Of a stretch of 64,000 bases of DNA, positions 49,979-61,911 are shown one piece after another. The stretch's first letter is position 1; the number at the start of each line of letters is the position of its first letter. Origin of the DNA: Pseudogymnoascus verrucosus (taxonomy: Eukaryota); assembly GCA_001662655.1 (NCBI GenBank), contig KV460207.1; one strand, given 5' to 3'. The position numbers were made by a program, and so were the translations under genes. The notes under the pieces were generated by a model that searched no databases, was not told the origin of the DNA, and saw only the letters and a program-made list of their open reading frames with translations.

Positions 49979-50700
49979 TTTTGCAGAAAGTGATCAGCCT
50001 ATATGTTCGAATGTAAAGTGGCAAGATCGAATTTATATCCAGGAGCGCACAGAATTGTTGGCGCACCTGTGGTTATCTCCGGCGCGTTCTGGCTCTTTTT
50101 ATCATGCGCTGAGTCAATGTCGAACTCTGAACGTCGTCAAAATTAAGTGGTCCGTGCACACCAACTTCCACCTTTAATTCGCATGCTAAGACACAACAAG
50201 GTACACCGGATATTTGACTTCAATATACAGCCCAAACATACCAACGAGAAACGACAACCCTGTGCATAGTCGAATATAACATCTCAACAATTGGGCGAAG
50301 CTGTACAGGTTCGTGTTACCCCTCTGCCCGCCCACCACCAGCTTTGTGTGTAGGGCTCGCTGGCCTGATATGGGGGCGGCTACAACCCCAACCCACCGTC
50401 ATCATTACATTCCAAGACCCCGCCTCTATCTACACTGAACCTCATGGCCATATGACAATACCTTGCACATAAGCTGACGCGTGTAGACTCTTCCTTTACA
50501 GTTATCTTGTCCCATATAGCCACGAAGATAGCAACATTGTCTGCTATCACCCCACTTTCAGAGAGCAGCCGCCTCCGACACGCGATCAGGACAGACCCTC
50601 TCACCACCGCACTCGAAGCCAAAGCGGATTTAATAGCTGCCTCGAGCTCAACTAGCGGTGTCTTCAACTTGGCACGTTAGATCCCCAATAGCTTCTCAGC

Positions 50701-52848
50701 ATGGCCGAAGGCATAGATAAGACGGAGGAGCTCTACCCAATAGCTGTGCTCATTGACGAGTTGAAGGTATGTTGATATAACATCCTTTTAGAAGCCAGTA
50801 GAGCGACAGGCTGGGCAAATGGTTAACACATGCATACAGCACGACGACGTTTTGCTTCGATTGAATGCAATCCATAGACTTTCGACAATCGCTCTCGCGC
50901 TTGGCCCAGAACGCACAAGAGACGAGCTGATCCCCTTCTTAGATGGTATGTGCATTACACGGAAATATAATGTCAGAACACCTGCTGATTCTAGGTTATA
51001 GAGTCCGTAGAGGATGAGGACGAAGTTCTTACGGCGTTGAGCGCAGAGCTCGGGAACTTCGTGGAGTACGTTGGGGGTCCAGAGTGGGGTCATGTTCTAC
51101 TTTCACCTCTCGAGAATCTTGCTGCGATCGAAGAACCGCTTGTCCGTGACAAGGTAAGCAATCTTTTGCGACACATTACAAACAACTGTAGCTAATACAT
51201 GCGCGTAGGCAGTGGAGTCGTTGAATAAGATTTGCGAGGAGTTGTCACCAAACCAGGTCGAGGAGTACTTCATTCCACTTACGATCCGACTTTCCAAGGC
51301 CGACTGGTTCACATCAAAAATCTCGGCCACCGGCCTCTATAATGTTCCATACAAGAAGGCTTCGCCCCCGATGCAGGAGCAACTGCGCCAGCAGTTTGGA
51401 CTCCTTGTCCACGACGAGACGCCGATGGTGAGAAGACAGTCATCAAACAACCTGTCAAAGTTTGTCAAGGAGATGCCTGCAACGATTGTTGTCGAAGAAA
51501 TGATACCCCTTTTCCAGCACCTCGCGAATGACGACCAGGACAGTGTTAGGTTATTGACGGTAGAGATTTTAATCGCAATTGCGGAAGTTGTGCCAAAAGA
51601 GCAGCAGTCGAGCCACGGAGTTCTCTTGACTTCTTTGAGAAGCCTCATCGAAGACAAGAGCTGGAGGGTGCGCTATATGGTTGCGGATAGATTTGAGAAG
51701 GTATGATTTTGTCGTAATTTACAGATGTAACCTTGGCGGTTTGCTAACCTCACACAGATCGCGAAAGCAGTAGATGACGAGGTTGTCACAAGGGACCTTG
51801 TCCCAGCATTTGTTAAATTGCTGAAGGACAGCGAGGCGGAGGTTAGAACTGCCATTGCAGGACAAATCCCCGGCTTCTGTCTTCTGTTAGACAGGGCCAC
51901 CCTGCTTAACGATATTATGGCTACGGTCGAGGACCTGGTCTCCGACAGCTCTCAGCACGTCCGTGCTGCTCTTGGCACGCAGATCAGCGGCCTTGCTCCG
52001 ATACTTGGCAAGCAAGAGACCATCGATCACCTTCTCCCCATGTTCCTCCAAATGCTCAAGGACGAATTCCCCGACGTCCGCCTCCACATCATCTCCAAGC
52101 TCGAACTCGTCAACCAGGTTATTGGCATCGACCTCCTGTCGCAATCTCTCCTCCCAGCTATTGTGCAGCTCGCTGAGGATAAGCAATGGCGCGTCAGACT
52201 GGCCATCATTGAGTATATCCCACTCCTTGCTAGCCAGCTGGGCGTGAAATTCTTCGATGAACAACTCTCCTCGCTGTGCATGGCCTGGTTGGGTGACACC
52301 GTATTTTCTATCCGTGAAGCCGCCACGCACAACCTCAAGAAGCTTACTGAGGTGTTTGGCGTCGAGTGGGCAAATGAGGCCATCATTCCTAAGGTTATGG
52401 CTATGGGCGCACACCCCAACTACCTTTACCGCATGACGACTTGCTTTGCTATCTCTGTGAGTTTCATGGCATCTGTCTAGACTATACCAAGCTAACCATG
52501 TAATAGACCCTGTCATCCGTTGTCAGCTTGGACGTCATCTCCCAATCCATCCTCCCCATGATGGACAAGCTCGTCGAAGACGAGATCCCCAACATCCGCT
52601 TTAACGTCGCAAAGTCCTACGGCCAACTGATCGATGTTCTCAAGCGCCTCCCCAACGAAGGCACCATCTACTCCATCGAGAAGTCCGGCCTGTCCCCTAC
52701 CCCGTCCCCCAAGGGCCTCGAGACCATCCAAGAGCGCATCCTCCCCAACCTCGAGAAGCTGCAGAAGGACGACGACGTCGACGTCCGCTACTTCGCCACG
52801 ACGGCCGCGAGCGCCGTGTCCTCGGACGAGATGCAGATTTCGCAATAG
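50701..52848 (+). CDS. TPD3: Protein phosphatase 2A scaffold (A/PR65) subunit, HEAT repeats
   Basis: [62 protein letters not shown] and [10 protein letters not shown]. Five short GT-AG introns. Confidence 0.97.
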
Positions 52849-53130
52849 ATGAGGGAAGGAAGCGGGGTGGACATAAATCTGGGGAAAGCTGCTTGCCGCA
52901 GAGCGTTTTTATCGAGATAGCGGTTTGCTGTAGGGAGAGAGGGGGGAAGTCAAATAATGACAATTCGTGACGTGATTTTTCTCCTGGAATGCTTGCATGA
53001 CAAATGATGTGGACGGCATCTCTTGAGGGAGACAGACAGTTTTATGTTTCCTAGTCGATGATGCTGCGTTCGCTGTTGTTTTTAGACCAGGAGCAGCAAT
53101 ACCAGAACCGTTCTTGTTGCTAGAACTGTA

Positions 53131-53234
53131 ATGAGAGATGCTATAAAACCACCACTAATCCCTAATACTAGTATCACGTGAAATTAATGAGAGACGCTAT
53201 AGAAACCACTACCTTAATACTGGAATCACGTGAC
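53131..53234. repeat. ~52-56-bp tandem duplication, each copy ending in TCACGTGA (E-box)
   Basis: atgagagatgctata...taatactagtatcacgtga (53131-53181) and atgagagacgctata...taatactggaatcacgtga (53187-53233). Confidence 0.8.
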
Positions 53235-53593
53235 ATAAGGCCGTATTGATTTTGCGCACTTCTAGTAGAAGTAGCGCCAATCTGCGCAAGAATAATCGCA
53301 TCGAGCTTCCAGATACATCACCACACAATTCTTGAATATATTAAGCTTCATTTTCTGAATCGTCGCACTCGTTTGTGATGTATGTCCGTCTGTCCCCCGA
53401 AACCGAGCTATACGAAAGTAGTTAGACAGCCCACCTCTCACCGCCTGCTGTATTAGACAATTCTGCCTATCGATTTTCCCCCCTCCACTGATTAACCCAC
53501 CAAAAACTCTCGATCCGCCAATCTGCCCCTCACTGCCAACCAAGCTCCATACCCTATTCACGACCTCACACCCCCCCAGCACAGCCTCCAAAA

Positions 53594-54479
53594 ATGGCAG
53601 ACCAGACGCCCGCTACCCCCGCGCCACTCGAGGCCTCTGAGCTGGGAACGAAGGAATAGTACGTCCCCTCTCCCACCCCGCCCCTCTGGCAATCTATCTA
53701 CGCCTCCCTTCCCCTCCTCCTTCCCCCCTCCACATGAAAATCCCCCAACTCTAACTAACACACGACTCAGCTGGGACGAACTCTACACCCGCGAATCCAC
53801 CAACCACGCCGCCGACCCCACCGACGAAGGCACAATCTGGTTCGACGACTCCAGCGCCGAAGACAAGCTGGTCGCCCTCCTCCGCTCCTCGTCACTCACC
53901 GGTTTCGACCCCGCGACGGCTAGTTTCCTAGATCTGGGGACGGGGAATGGACATTTGCTGTTTAGACTTAGGGATGAGGGGGTCAGGGGGGATGATGATA
54001 GCGAGGATGAGGAAGAGGAGGGGGAGGAGGAGGAGGGGAAATTGTTTAAGGGCCGCATGATGGGCACAGATTACAGCGCTACCTCCATCACCTTTGCGCG
54101 CGCCGTAGCAACCGAGCGCGGCCTAGTTGACGGCGCAGTAGAGTTTGTAGAATGGGACATCCTCGCCTCGCCATCAGATGCGGTGCTCTCGGGCCCTAAC
54201 GCGGATGGCTGGGACGTCGTTCTCGACAAGGGGACATTCGACGCGGTTAGCTTGATGGGGGATGCGGAGGCGGGGAAGCGGTATGTGGAGAGGGTGAGGG
54301 AGGTGGTGAGGAGGGGGGGGTGGGCGGTGATTACGAGTTGTAATTGGACGGAGGGGGAGGTACGGGGGTGGTTTGAGGGGGAGGGGTTGGAGTGGGGGGG
54401 ACGGGTGGAGTATAGGAGGTTTAGGTTTGGGGGGGGGGAGGGACAGAGTATTTGTACGTGTTATTTTAGGAGGGTGTGA
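53594..54479 (+). CDS. EFM4: EEF1A lysine N-methyltransferase (Efm4/See1-like)
   Basis: LEASELGTKEY-WDELY...DEGTIWFDDS, SAM motif FLDLGTGNGHLL, GTDYS, DVVLDKGTFDAVSL and ITSCNWTE. Intron ~53659-53770. Confidence 0.92.
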
Positions 54480-55197
54480 GCGGGGTGCTGGGTGTGCTGG
54501 TTAGAGGAGGGGGAGGGAATTGCATACAGATGGTGTATGTAGCAAGTACGATGGGAAAAGGCGCTTGATAACGCGGTGCTCTGATCGGAGGGAAGGTACG
54601 TAGATAGAGTTGAATCGAGAAATCCCATTATTTAAGTTCCTCCTACTAATCCTCAGATACAGTAGGAGCATAGAAAAGGATTCGTTCGGTCTTTTGGCCC
54701 ACAGGCTACGACATTTCCAAAGAGGCCAACGACTTCAATCACCCGGAAACCAAAGATGGAGGATTTGTAAGAGCTTCCGAGGTGGACCGGAAGCATCGAG
54801 CACTCTCCTACTAGAAGCAGGCTGTTACCGTCGGGAGCTGCTGCTGCTGTCGAGAATCGCCGTCGTCACAAATCTTGCTGCTATCGCGAGTTGCTGCCGT
54901 CGCTGAGAATTGCTGCTGTCGGGCACGGCCAAACATTTTAATGGGCATTAAGAGCAGCTAATTCATTATCGATAGAAACGATGGATTCAACCTTCACGCA
55001 CCACGAGTATACATGTATGGTTGGTATATTCATCTTCATATTCATTATAATCCTTACCATCTCATTTACGTTATGTTTTATATAAACCCATACCAAACCA
55101 TATCCATACACCCAGCCATAAACCCATCTACAACAACCCAACCCAAAAAAAAGCCGCGCCAAAAATCACCCCCCTCCCAATGCAAAACGAAACCCTT

Positions 55198-58100
55198 CTA
55201 AACCCCACCACCACCATACCCCCCACCCCCGCCCCCATTGCCACCACCACTACCACCACCTCCCCACCCCTCCCCTCCATACCCATCATCATACCCGCCC
55301 ATCCCACCGAAATTCCCCATCCCCCCCATCCCCCCACCCATCCCCAATCCCACCATCCCAACCTGCTGCACCACCCCTTCCCCGGCAGTTCCCCCCATCC
55401 CATCGCCCCCAAACCCATTCATCCCCATTCCCATCCCCATACCTCCCATCCCGCCCTCCATCAGAAACCCCGGCAGCGGACCGAAGATCTGGCCCTCCAG
55501 ATCGCCGTACATCCCTTGCGAGGGGTCGGAGAAGAGCCCGCTGTTGCCAGTCATGCTGGGATCGAGGTACGTCGTCGTTGCTGGCACGTCACCGCCTCCG
55601 CTGGTGGTGGAATCATCCATCTCCGTCTCACCGCTACTATCCATCCCCCCCTTACCGGTGTGGTACGTATTCAACATCGGCTGCGCGGGATACGCAAACG
55701 GATCACTACTCGGAAACATCACAGCCGACAAATCCGGCAACTCCTCGCCCATACCACCACCCGCCCCAAGGCCGCCGTAATATTGCTGTCCCTGCTGGCC
55801 CCCCTGCTGCTGCTGTCCCAGTCCCAACCCACCCATCCCCATCGACGCCATCGACGCAGGCGTATCCGGTGTCGAGGCCCCCGCCGATGTCCCCCCCGAC
55901 GGCGTGGAAGCGCGCATATCGAACGAAGCGCGAAGATTCGGATCGCTCGTCGAGGGCGCAAAGCGGCGTTGTGGGTTCAATGGAAACTGTGAGGGGGGGG
56001 TAGGGAAGGTGCGCGCGCGTTGCGGGGCGGCGAGGTCGGGGGTGCTGGAGGTGGTGGCGGTGGATTTGGTGGTTGTGCTTGTGGTGCTGGGGGTGGCGAG
56101 GTGGTGGGAGGGTTGGGGGCGTTTGTTGGATTTGGTTTGGGTGGGGGGGTTGAGGTTTAGGCGTAGACGGAGCTGTTCGAAGAGGACGGTGAGGGATTGG
56201 CTGCATCGATCGGCTGCCATGCTTCTCCTCGCCAATGCCTTGAGGGTATCGCGTCCCACGCTGGCATTCTCCATGATTTCCTCGGCTCCTGGCTTCCCTG
56301 GGTTCTCCAACACGAAGAAGGCGAGCGAAAGGATCGCGAAGAAGGTCGTGTACATGGTGAACCAGTACGCGCCGATGAGGAAACCGCGTCGCTGCATCTC
56401 GGCCGTGATGTGCACGATGTTGCGCGAGACGCTGACGCAAGCCGCGGCGCAGGCGTAGCTGCGCTCGTCGACGGGCTTGCTGCCGTGGGGGGGAGGGCGG
56501 GAGGACACGTAGTGGAGGAAGGGGCGGTAAAGCATCATTTGCACGTGTGCGTAGGCCATGCGGAGGAGTTGTTGGACGCTGGGGAGTGTTAGAGAAGAGA
56601 CTGGTAAACTGGGTGGATGGTATACATACCGAACTACATCCTCGGGGGCGTCGCCGCCGGGTCGAAGCCCCATGGGGAGCTTCTCAAGCCAGGCTTGGAG
56701 GTCATATTCGATAGCCTGAATCTTGGCGTGGCTGACGACGTAAGTTGGGCGCTCGGAGCCTGGCATGCATTGGTCCGCGGATTTGAGCGGGTAGACGTCG
56801 CGGATCACCTTTGCGAGGATGAACATGAGCTTTGTATGTGCGTTGCTGGCGGCGAAGATAGAGAGTTTTCCCGGCGGCATAGGTAAGATGGCTTCGCGGG
56901 TGATGTATTCGTCGTCAACCTCGACGGGCAGTTCTTGATCGACGTCCTCATCATTTAGCATCTTGGGGAACCCTAGAAGTGCGCTCACGTATGTGTCCAT
57001 CTTGCGGATGATCCAGAAGGCGCGGCGGCGCGTCTCGCGCTCAATCGGGTTGAAGTTGTAGGTGAGATTGCGGTGGAGACCCATACGCAGCGCTGAACGC
57101 AAGGCAATCCCGATGTAGGAGTAGCACGTGCTCAGGTTGGCGGAGGACTGGAGGAAGAGGATCATGAAGAGGACGGCTTGCAGCGAGGGCATGTCGCGGC
57201 AGTCGGTGATTTCCATCATCTGGCGGGCGGCGGTGAAGTATTTCAGCCTGTTGAGTGTTAGTGATATGTATGCCAGAAGTAGTAGTGTAGACCGGCTCAC
57301 CCTTGATCAATTCCCTCCTTATACGACACATCTTGCCCCTTATGCGCGCCCGGGTGATCCATAAACATGCTTCCCAAGGCCAATATCGAATACAGCAGCG
57401 GCAGAAATCTATTCTCCTCATCCCCAAAGTTTTCCGGCGGCGTATCATAAATACGATCAAACATCTCATAAAACGACGGCGTATGCACGATCCTCAGCAG
57501 CGCACACGCGCAATCCAGCGCATTCGAGCACAGATTCAGCGCCACCTCCCTATCCGGCAGATCGAGGGTATTCGGCAACCCCCCTTCAAACGGCGACTCG
57601 GCCGTCGACCTCGGCGACTCGAGCTGCGAAAACGTCGACGGTCTCGCCGGCAGCCGTGGCAAGAAAGGCGCCTTCGTATCATTCCCCAGCAGCCCATCGA
57701 ACTGCTCGCGCATCTGCTGCAGGAACACCGCTCCGGACGACCCGCCGTGGAAATCCCAGTGTCCGCGCTCATCTATCTCCAGCTGCCCCGTCGTCTCGAT
57801 CATCGAGCTCAGCTGCGCGTCGTCCCCCTCTTCGCCGCCTGGCTCGCTCGTCCCAGGTCGCGAGGTCTCGGACATCGCTCTCTCGGCTCCGAGGTGCGCT
57901 TGTCCTGCTGTTCCTGCGCCCTTGCGCGCTGCCGCGACCGCGGCCTCGAAGTTCGGATCGCTGAGATCGATGTTCGGCACGAAAGAGCGCAGGAGCACTT
58001 CGGCGCGCTGGAGCCGCGTCTCCAGCGCTTCTATGTATTGTGGTGCCGGGTTACGGCGGCGGTTCGACGGCTGGTCGAATGTGCATTCTGCGGGGTGTTA

Positions 58101-58446
58101 GCTTAGCTCGCGTGTCTCGTCTCTTCCATCTCCTCTACCCCCTCCCTTGCTTCCGGGGCTACGCACCATAGCTATAAACCGTGCAGTGCGTGCACGGCTG
58201 TTTCCCATCACATTTTATCTTCTTCCGTCTGCACTCGTCGCAGGCGCGTGTGACGCGGCGACGTTTTTGGAGCGGCGCGGTGGCGCGGGGCAGGGCGGTC
58301 GGGTCGGGCGAGGTTTGGTCGTGTAGCGGGTGCCATTGGGGTGTTGCCGCGGCGTGGTGGTCGTCGTCGTAGTGGTCGGGGGTGGCGGCGCCAGAGCCAC
58401 CGCGAGAGGACGTCGCGGCCGTGCTGGAGGGGTCGGGGTTGGGCAT
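55198..58446 (-). CDS. Zn(II)2Cys6 transcription factor with fungal-specific middle homology region (Asg1-like)
   Basis: [28 protein letters not shown]...EC, plus [16 protein letters not shown] and YVSALLGFP. Exons 58446-58167, 58087-57301, 57247-56630 and 56578-55198. Confidence 0.93.
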
Positions 58447-61181
58447 TGTGGTGTCGCGTGCGGAGGGATCTGCTGTGGCGACGGGCGGTGACAGTCACAT
58501 CGCTCTGCGGAGCAGGGTGAGGGTGGGTGTGGGTGGTGGTGGTGGTGGCGGTGGGATTATATTGGCGGTGGTGGTGATGGGTTGGAGGAGGATGATGTCA
58601 CCGATAGTTCGCCGGTGAGGAGGGGTGGTGGGTGTTGGAGGCAATGGCAGGACGGCGAGGGTCGTCGGTGGTGATTATTGAGGAGGAGAGGTGAAAAGGG
58701 ATTGAGAGTAGAGGAGAGTAGTCAACGTAGGCCACCGAGTAGCGGAGTGAGTAAGCTGGGTGAAGGGAAGGAGGAGGTGCGGAGTGCAGGACTTAGTTAG
58801 GTAAGGCGGGCGGCGGGAGGGGGGGGCATCAGGGTTAAGGGTCAGAAAAAGTTGACTTAAGTTGGGAATAATGGATAAGAGTGGTAAGGCTTCTCTCGAA
58901 AAAGATTAACAAGATTAACGTTACTCGAGGATAATAAAGAATAGAAGAATACAGTGGGGAAGGGGAGGGGAGAGGGGGGGGAGAATATTGTTCTGGGTGG
59001 ACAGGGAGTCATAATAGTAGAATAGTATTGGAAGAAATAGTAGGGTTTAGTTCAGGGTGTATAAAGAGGTCGTATTAGTATTTGAGGGTCTGTATAGTCT
59101 GTATAGAGAGTAGAGTCATATTATGTATGTATGAACAACCACAACTAAAACCTACAACTAACAAACTACCAACTATAGTTAATCTACCATCATTAGCCAT
59201 TAGCCATTAGCCTCACAAGTCTAATATAGAGTCTACTATAGATACTCTTCTAATCATTTTACTTAACTTAACTTTACTTAAACAATGGCAATCCCACCTC
59301 ATCCCTATCCCATCCATCTCAACCCATGCCTTCCCTATCCCCTCATGACATATCCCTCATACATTCATTACCTACTCTAACATTAACTCCTCCACCCCCC
59401 CCCCCGGCCTGGTGCATCCCATCCCATCCTCCTACCCCCCCCCCAAGCATCCTAGCATCCCAGCATCCCCTCCGACGCTCAATTCCGCTCTTTCGCCTCA
59501 TTTAGCCTAGTCCATCCCTAACTACTAGATCACTACTAGATCACTAACTAGACACTAGAAACCACCGCAACTATGCAAAAATATGCACAGCTGCAGGACG
59601 CCCTCGGTGCACAGCTGCACAGTTAAATCCGCGCCAATCCCGCTCCGCCGCGCCAAGACACAGAGGCCAGTAGGGTGGGGAGGAAAGAGTAATACTTTGT
59701 AAAAAGTATACTGGGAGTGGAGGAGGAGTAGTGGGTTACGGATTATTCATCAAGATGGGAAGACGAGGGTTGGAGGAGTCAGGAAGTCAAGAGGCCAACA
59801 AGTCAATAAGGCGGCCGGGGTTTATTAAAGGGCCTGGATGTTCTCGCCTTGAGTGTGAGCTATTTGATGCGAATCATATGACCGATCGCTGTCGTTTTCT
59901 GTCGTTTCTGAGTTACTGTTTTTACTACATACTACTCTACCTTCCCAATCCGCCCTGATGCACTACGCCCTTCACACAATCACATCTAGCCCGGCCATCC
60001 ACCTCTCCCATCTCCACCTCTATTACCATCCTGAACCCCCCCCCGTCTCCCTTCTCCCCTCTACTAACACCGGCACTTCCCACCACCATATCTCAACTCC
60101 CACCGCCACATCACCTTCCCTCCCTCCTCCTCCCCCAAATCCAGCATCCCGAACCCCCTTCATCCCGCATCCCATCCATCCCATCCCATCCCACCTCACC
60201 CACCGGAAACTCCATGGCGCCTCACCCACCCTTCAACCACACCGCATCCGCCCCCAGCCCACGCGCCGCCACAACACGCGTCATAGGCGGTCCGAGCTCG
60301 CATGCACAAAACCACGCCGCTACCTGCTCCGAGCGGCCTTCGGAGTTTGGCCGGCGCATGAGGGTATGGCACATGCCGCCTCCCCCCCTGCCTCTTTCTC
60401 CCCGTTCGCGTAACTAAGGGAGAGCAGCGTACTTCTAGGATCTAGGATAGGATGGTATAGGTGGTGGCGAAGAAGGGGAGGAAGCCCCGTGGTAGGGGTT
60501 AGTGATATGCTTTACATGACCTAGTCGTGGGCTAGTCGGGGCTGAATGATTAGGATCCCGTCCATCGTTCCTTGGGTGTCTGGATGGTGCGTGATTACTA
60601 CACACACACACCTACATCCTCGGCGCCACCAGTCATCATGGGCCCCCACCTCTTTCAACACGTAAACGTCTAACACCCATCTTCACCACACCACACACGA
60701 GATAGGAACAGGTAACACACCCACACCCACCCAGCCTCGCCCTCGCCTCGACCTTCTCCAACGAGGCTGCTGCATAAACCTGCTCGGCCCGGGTATGCTA
60801 GAGTCACAGGACGCACGTAGGTCAGCCCCAGAGGCTCCGGGATCGGAGACGAGGCTGGTGGTGCGGCTCGGGGAGGGAGGAATGTGGATGGAGGGGGTGG
60901 ATTGGGAAGGGAGGGGGTGGATTGAGAAGGGTTGGATTACATAAGTTGGATTCATTATGGTTGTTGGTCTAGTCTATGCTTTTGGTATATAGATATTACA
61001 TCTCCTCTCCTTCAATGAGGACTTTCCAACGCTGTGGAACGCGAGGTTCACTCCTGGCTTCACCTCCACGAGGCATCGTCTGCTTCCCTATCACACGGCC
61101 TCCTCTCTACCTCTCACTCTCTTCTCCTCACATTCTTCCTCATCTCACATTCTTCCTCACGCGTCCTACGCCTATCCCTCC

Positions 61182-61911
61182 TCAGTTAACAGCACCATTA
61201 ATCGGCGCCCTAACACTCTCCCCCTCCTTGAGCGCACACTCCTTCCCCCCTTTCCCCTCCGCACACCCCAACGTAATATTAACCGTAGCAAACAACCCCA
61301 CCACATCCCACGGCGGCGGGTAGTTCACCGGGTCACTATACGCATGCGCCAGCTGCAGACCGAACTCTCCGAGGCTGGTGTAGCTGTCGAAGAACCACCG
61401 GTAGCTCTCTTTCACACCGGCATTCGCTTTGCAGGCCATGTAGGACCCGGGACGGGTGGTGGAGGTGTTGTAGGTCTCGTACCAGGTTTTGGTGCAGGTG
61501 GTTGTGGTGTTGAAGTTTGCGTCAGCGAGGTGGACTGGGGGGGTGTTAGTTGGAGGCCATCAAGTTAAGTAAAGTTTCCCCCGGGGGGGGGGGGGGGGGG
61601 ATGCAATTGCTGATGGTGAAGATGAATTGGATGTGTAATTGCTGATGGGAAAGTGAATTGGCCGCGTAATTGGTGGTTGGAAAGGGGACGGGGGACGCAC
61701 AAGAGATCTGACGGTTATCATCCGTCCCATTCGAGGTCCTGAGAGTATTGGTACGGATCTCAGTCAAGATCATATCTTTGAACCCGCCGCTCTTGTGGAC
61801 GGCCACGGCATTAAGGCGAGGTGCCCATATCGGCGGCGTGGCGGGCACGGCGGCTGCGAGAGGTGCCAACGCGGCGGCGGCGAGGAGGGTGGTGGTGGTG
61901 GGGAAGTGCAT
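61182..61911 (-). CDS. Small secreted protein (187 aa, 4 Cys), Alt a 1/AA1-like fold suspected
   Basis: Signal peptide MHFPTTTTLLAAAALAPLAAA. Exons 61911-61701 and 61534-61182 total 564 nt in frame, with a GTGCGT...CTAAC...CAG intron. The pattern ISF-x-LADAN...C...C...WFF...F-x-LQLAH resembles AA1-like proteins. Confidence 0.75.
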
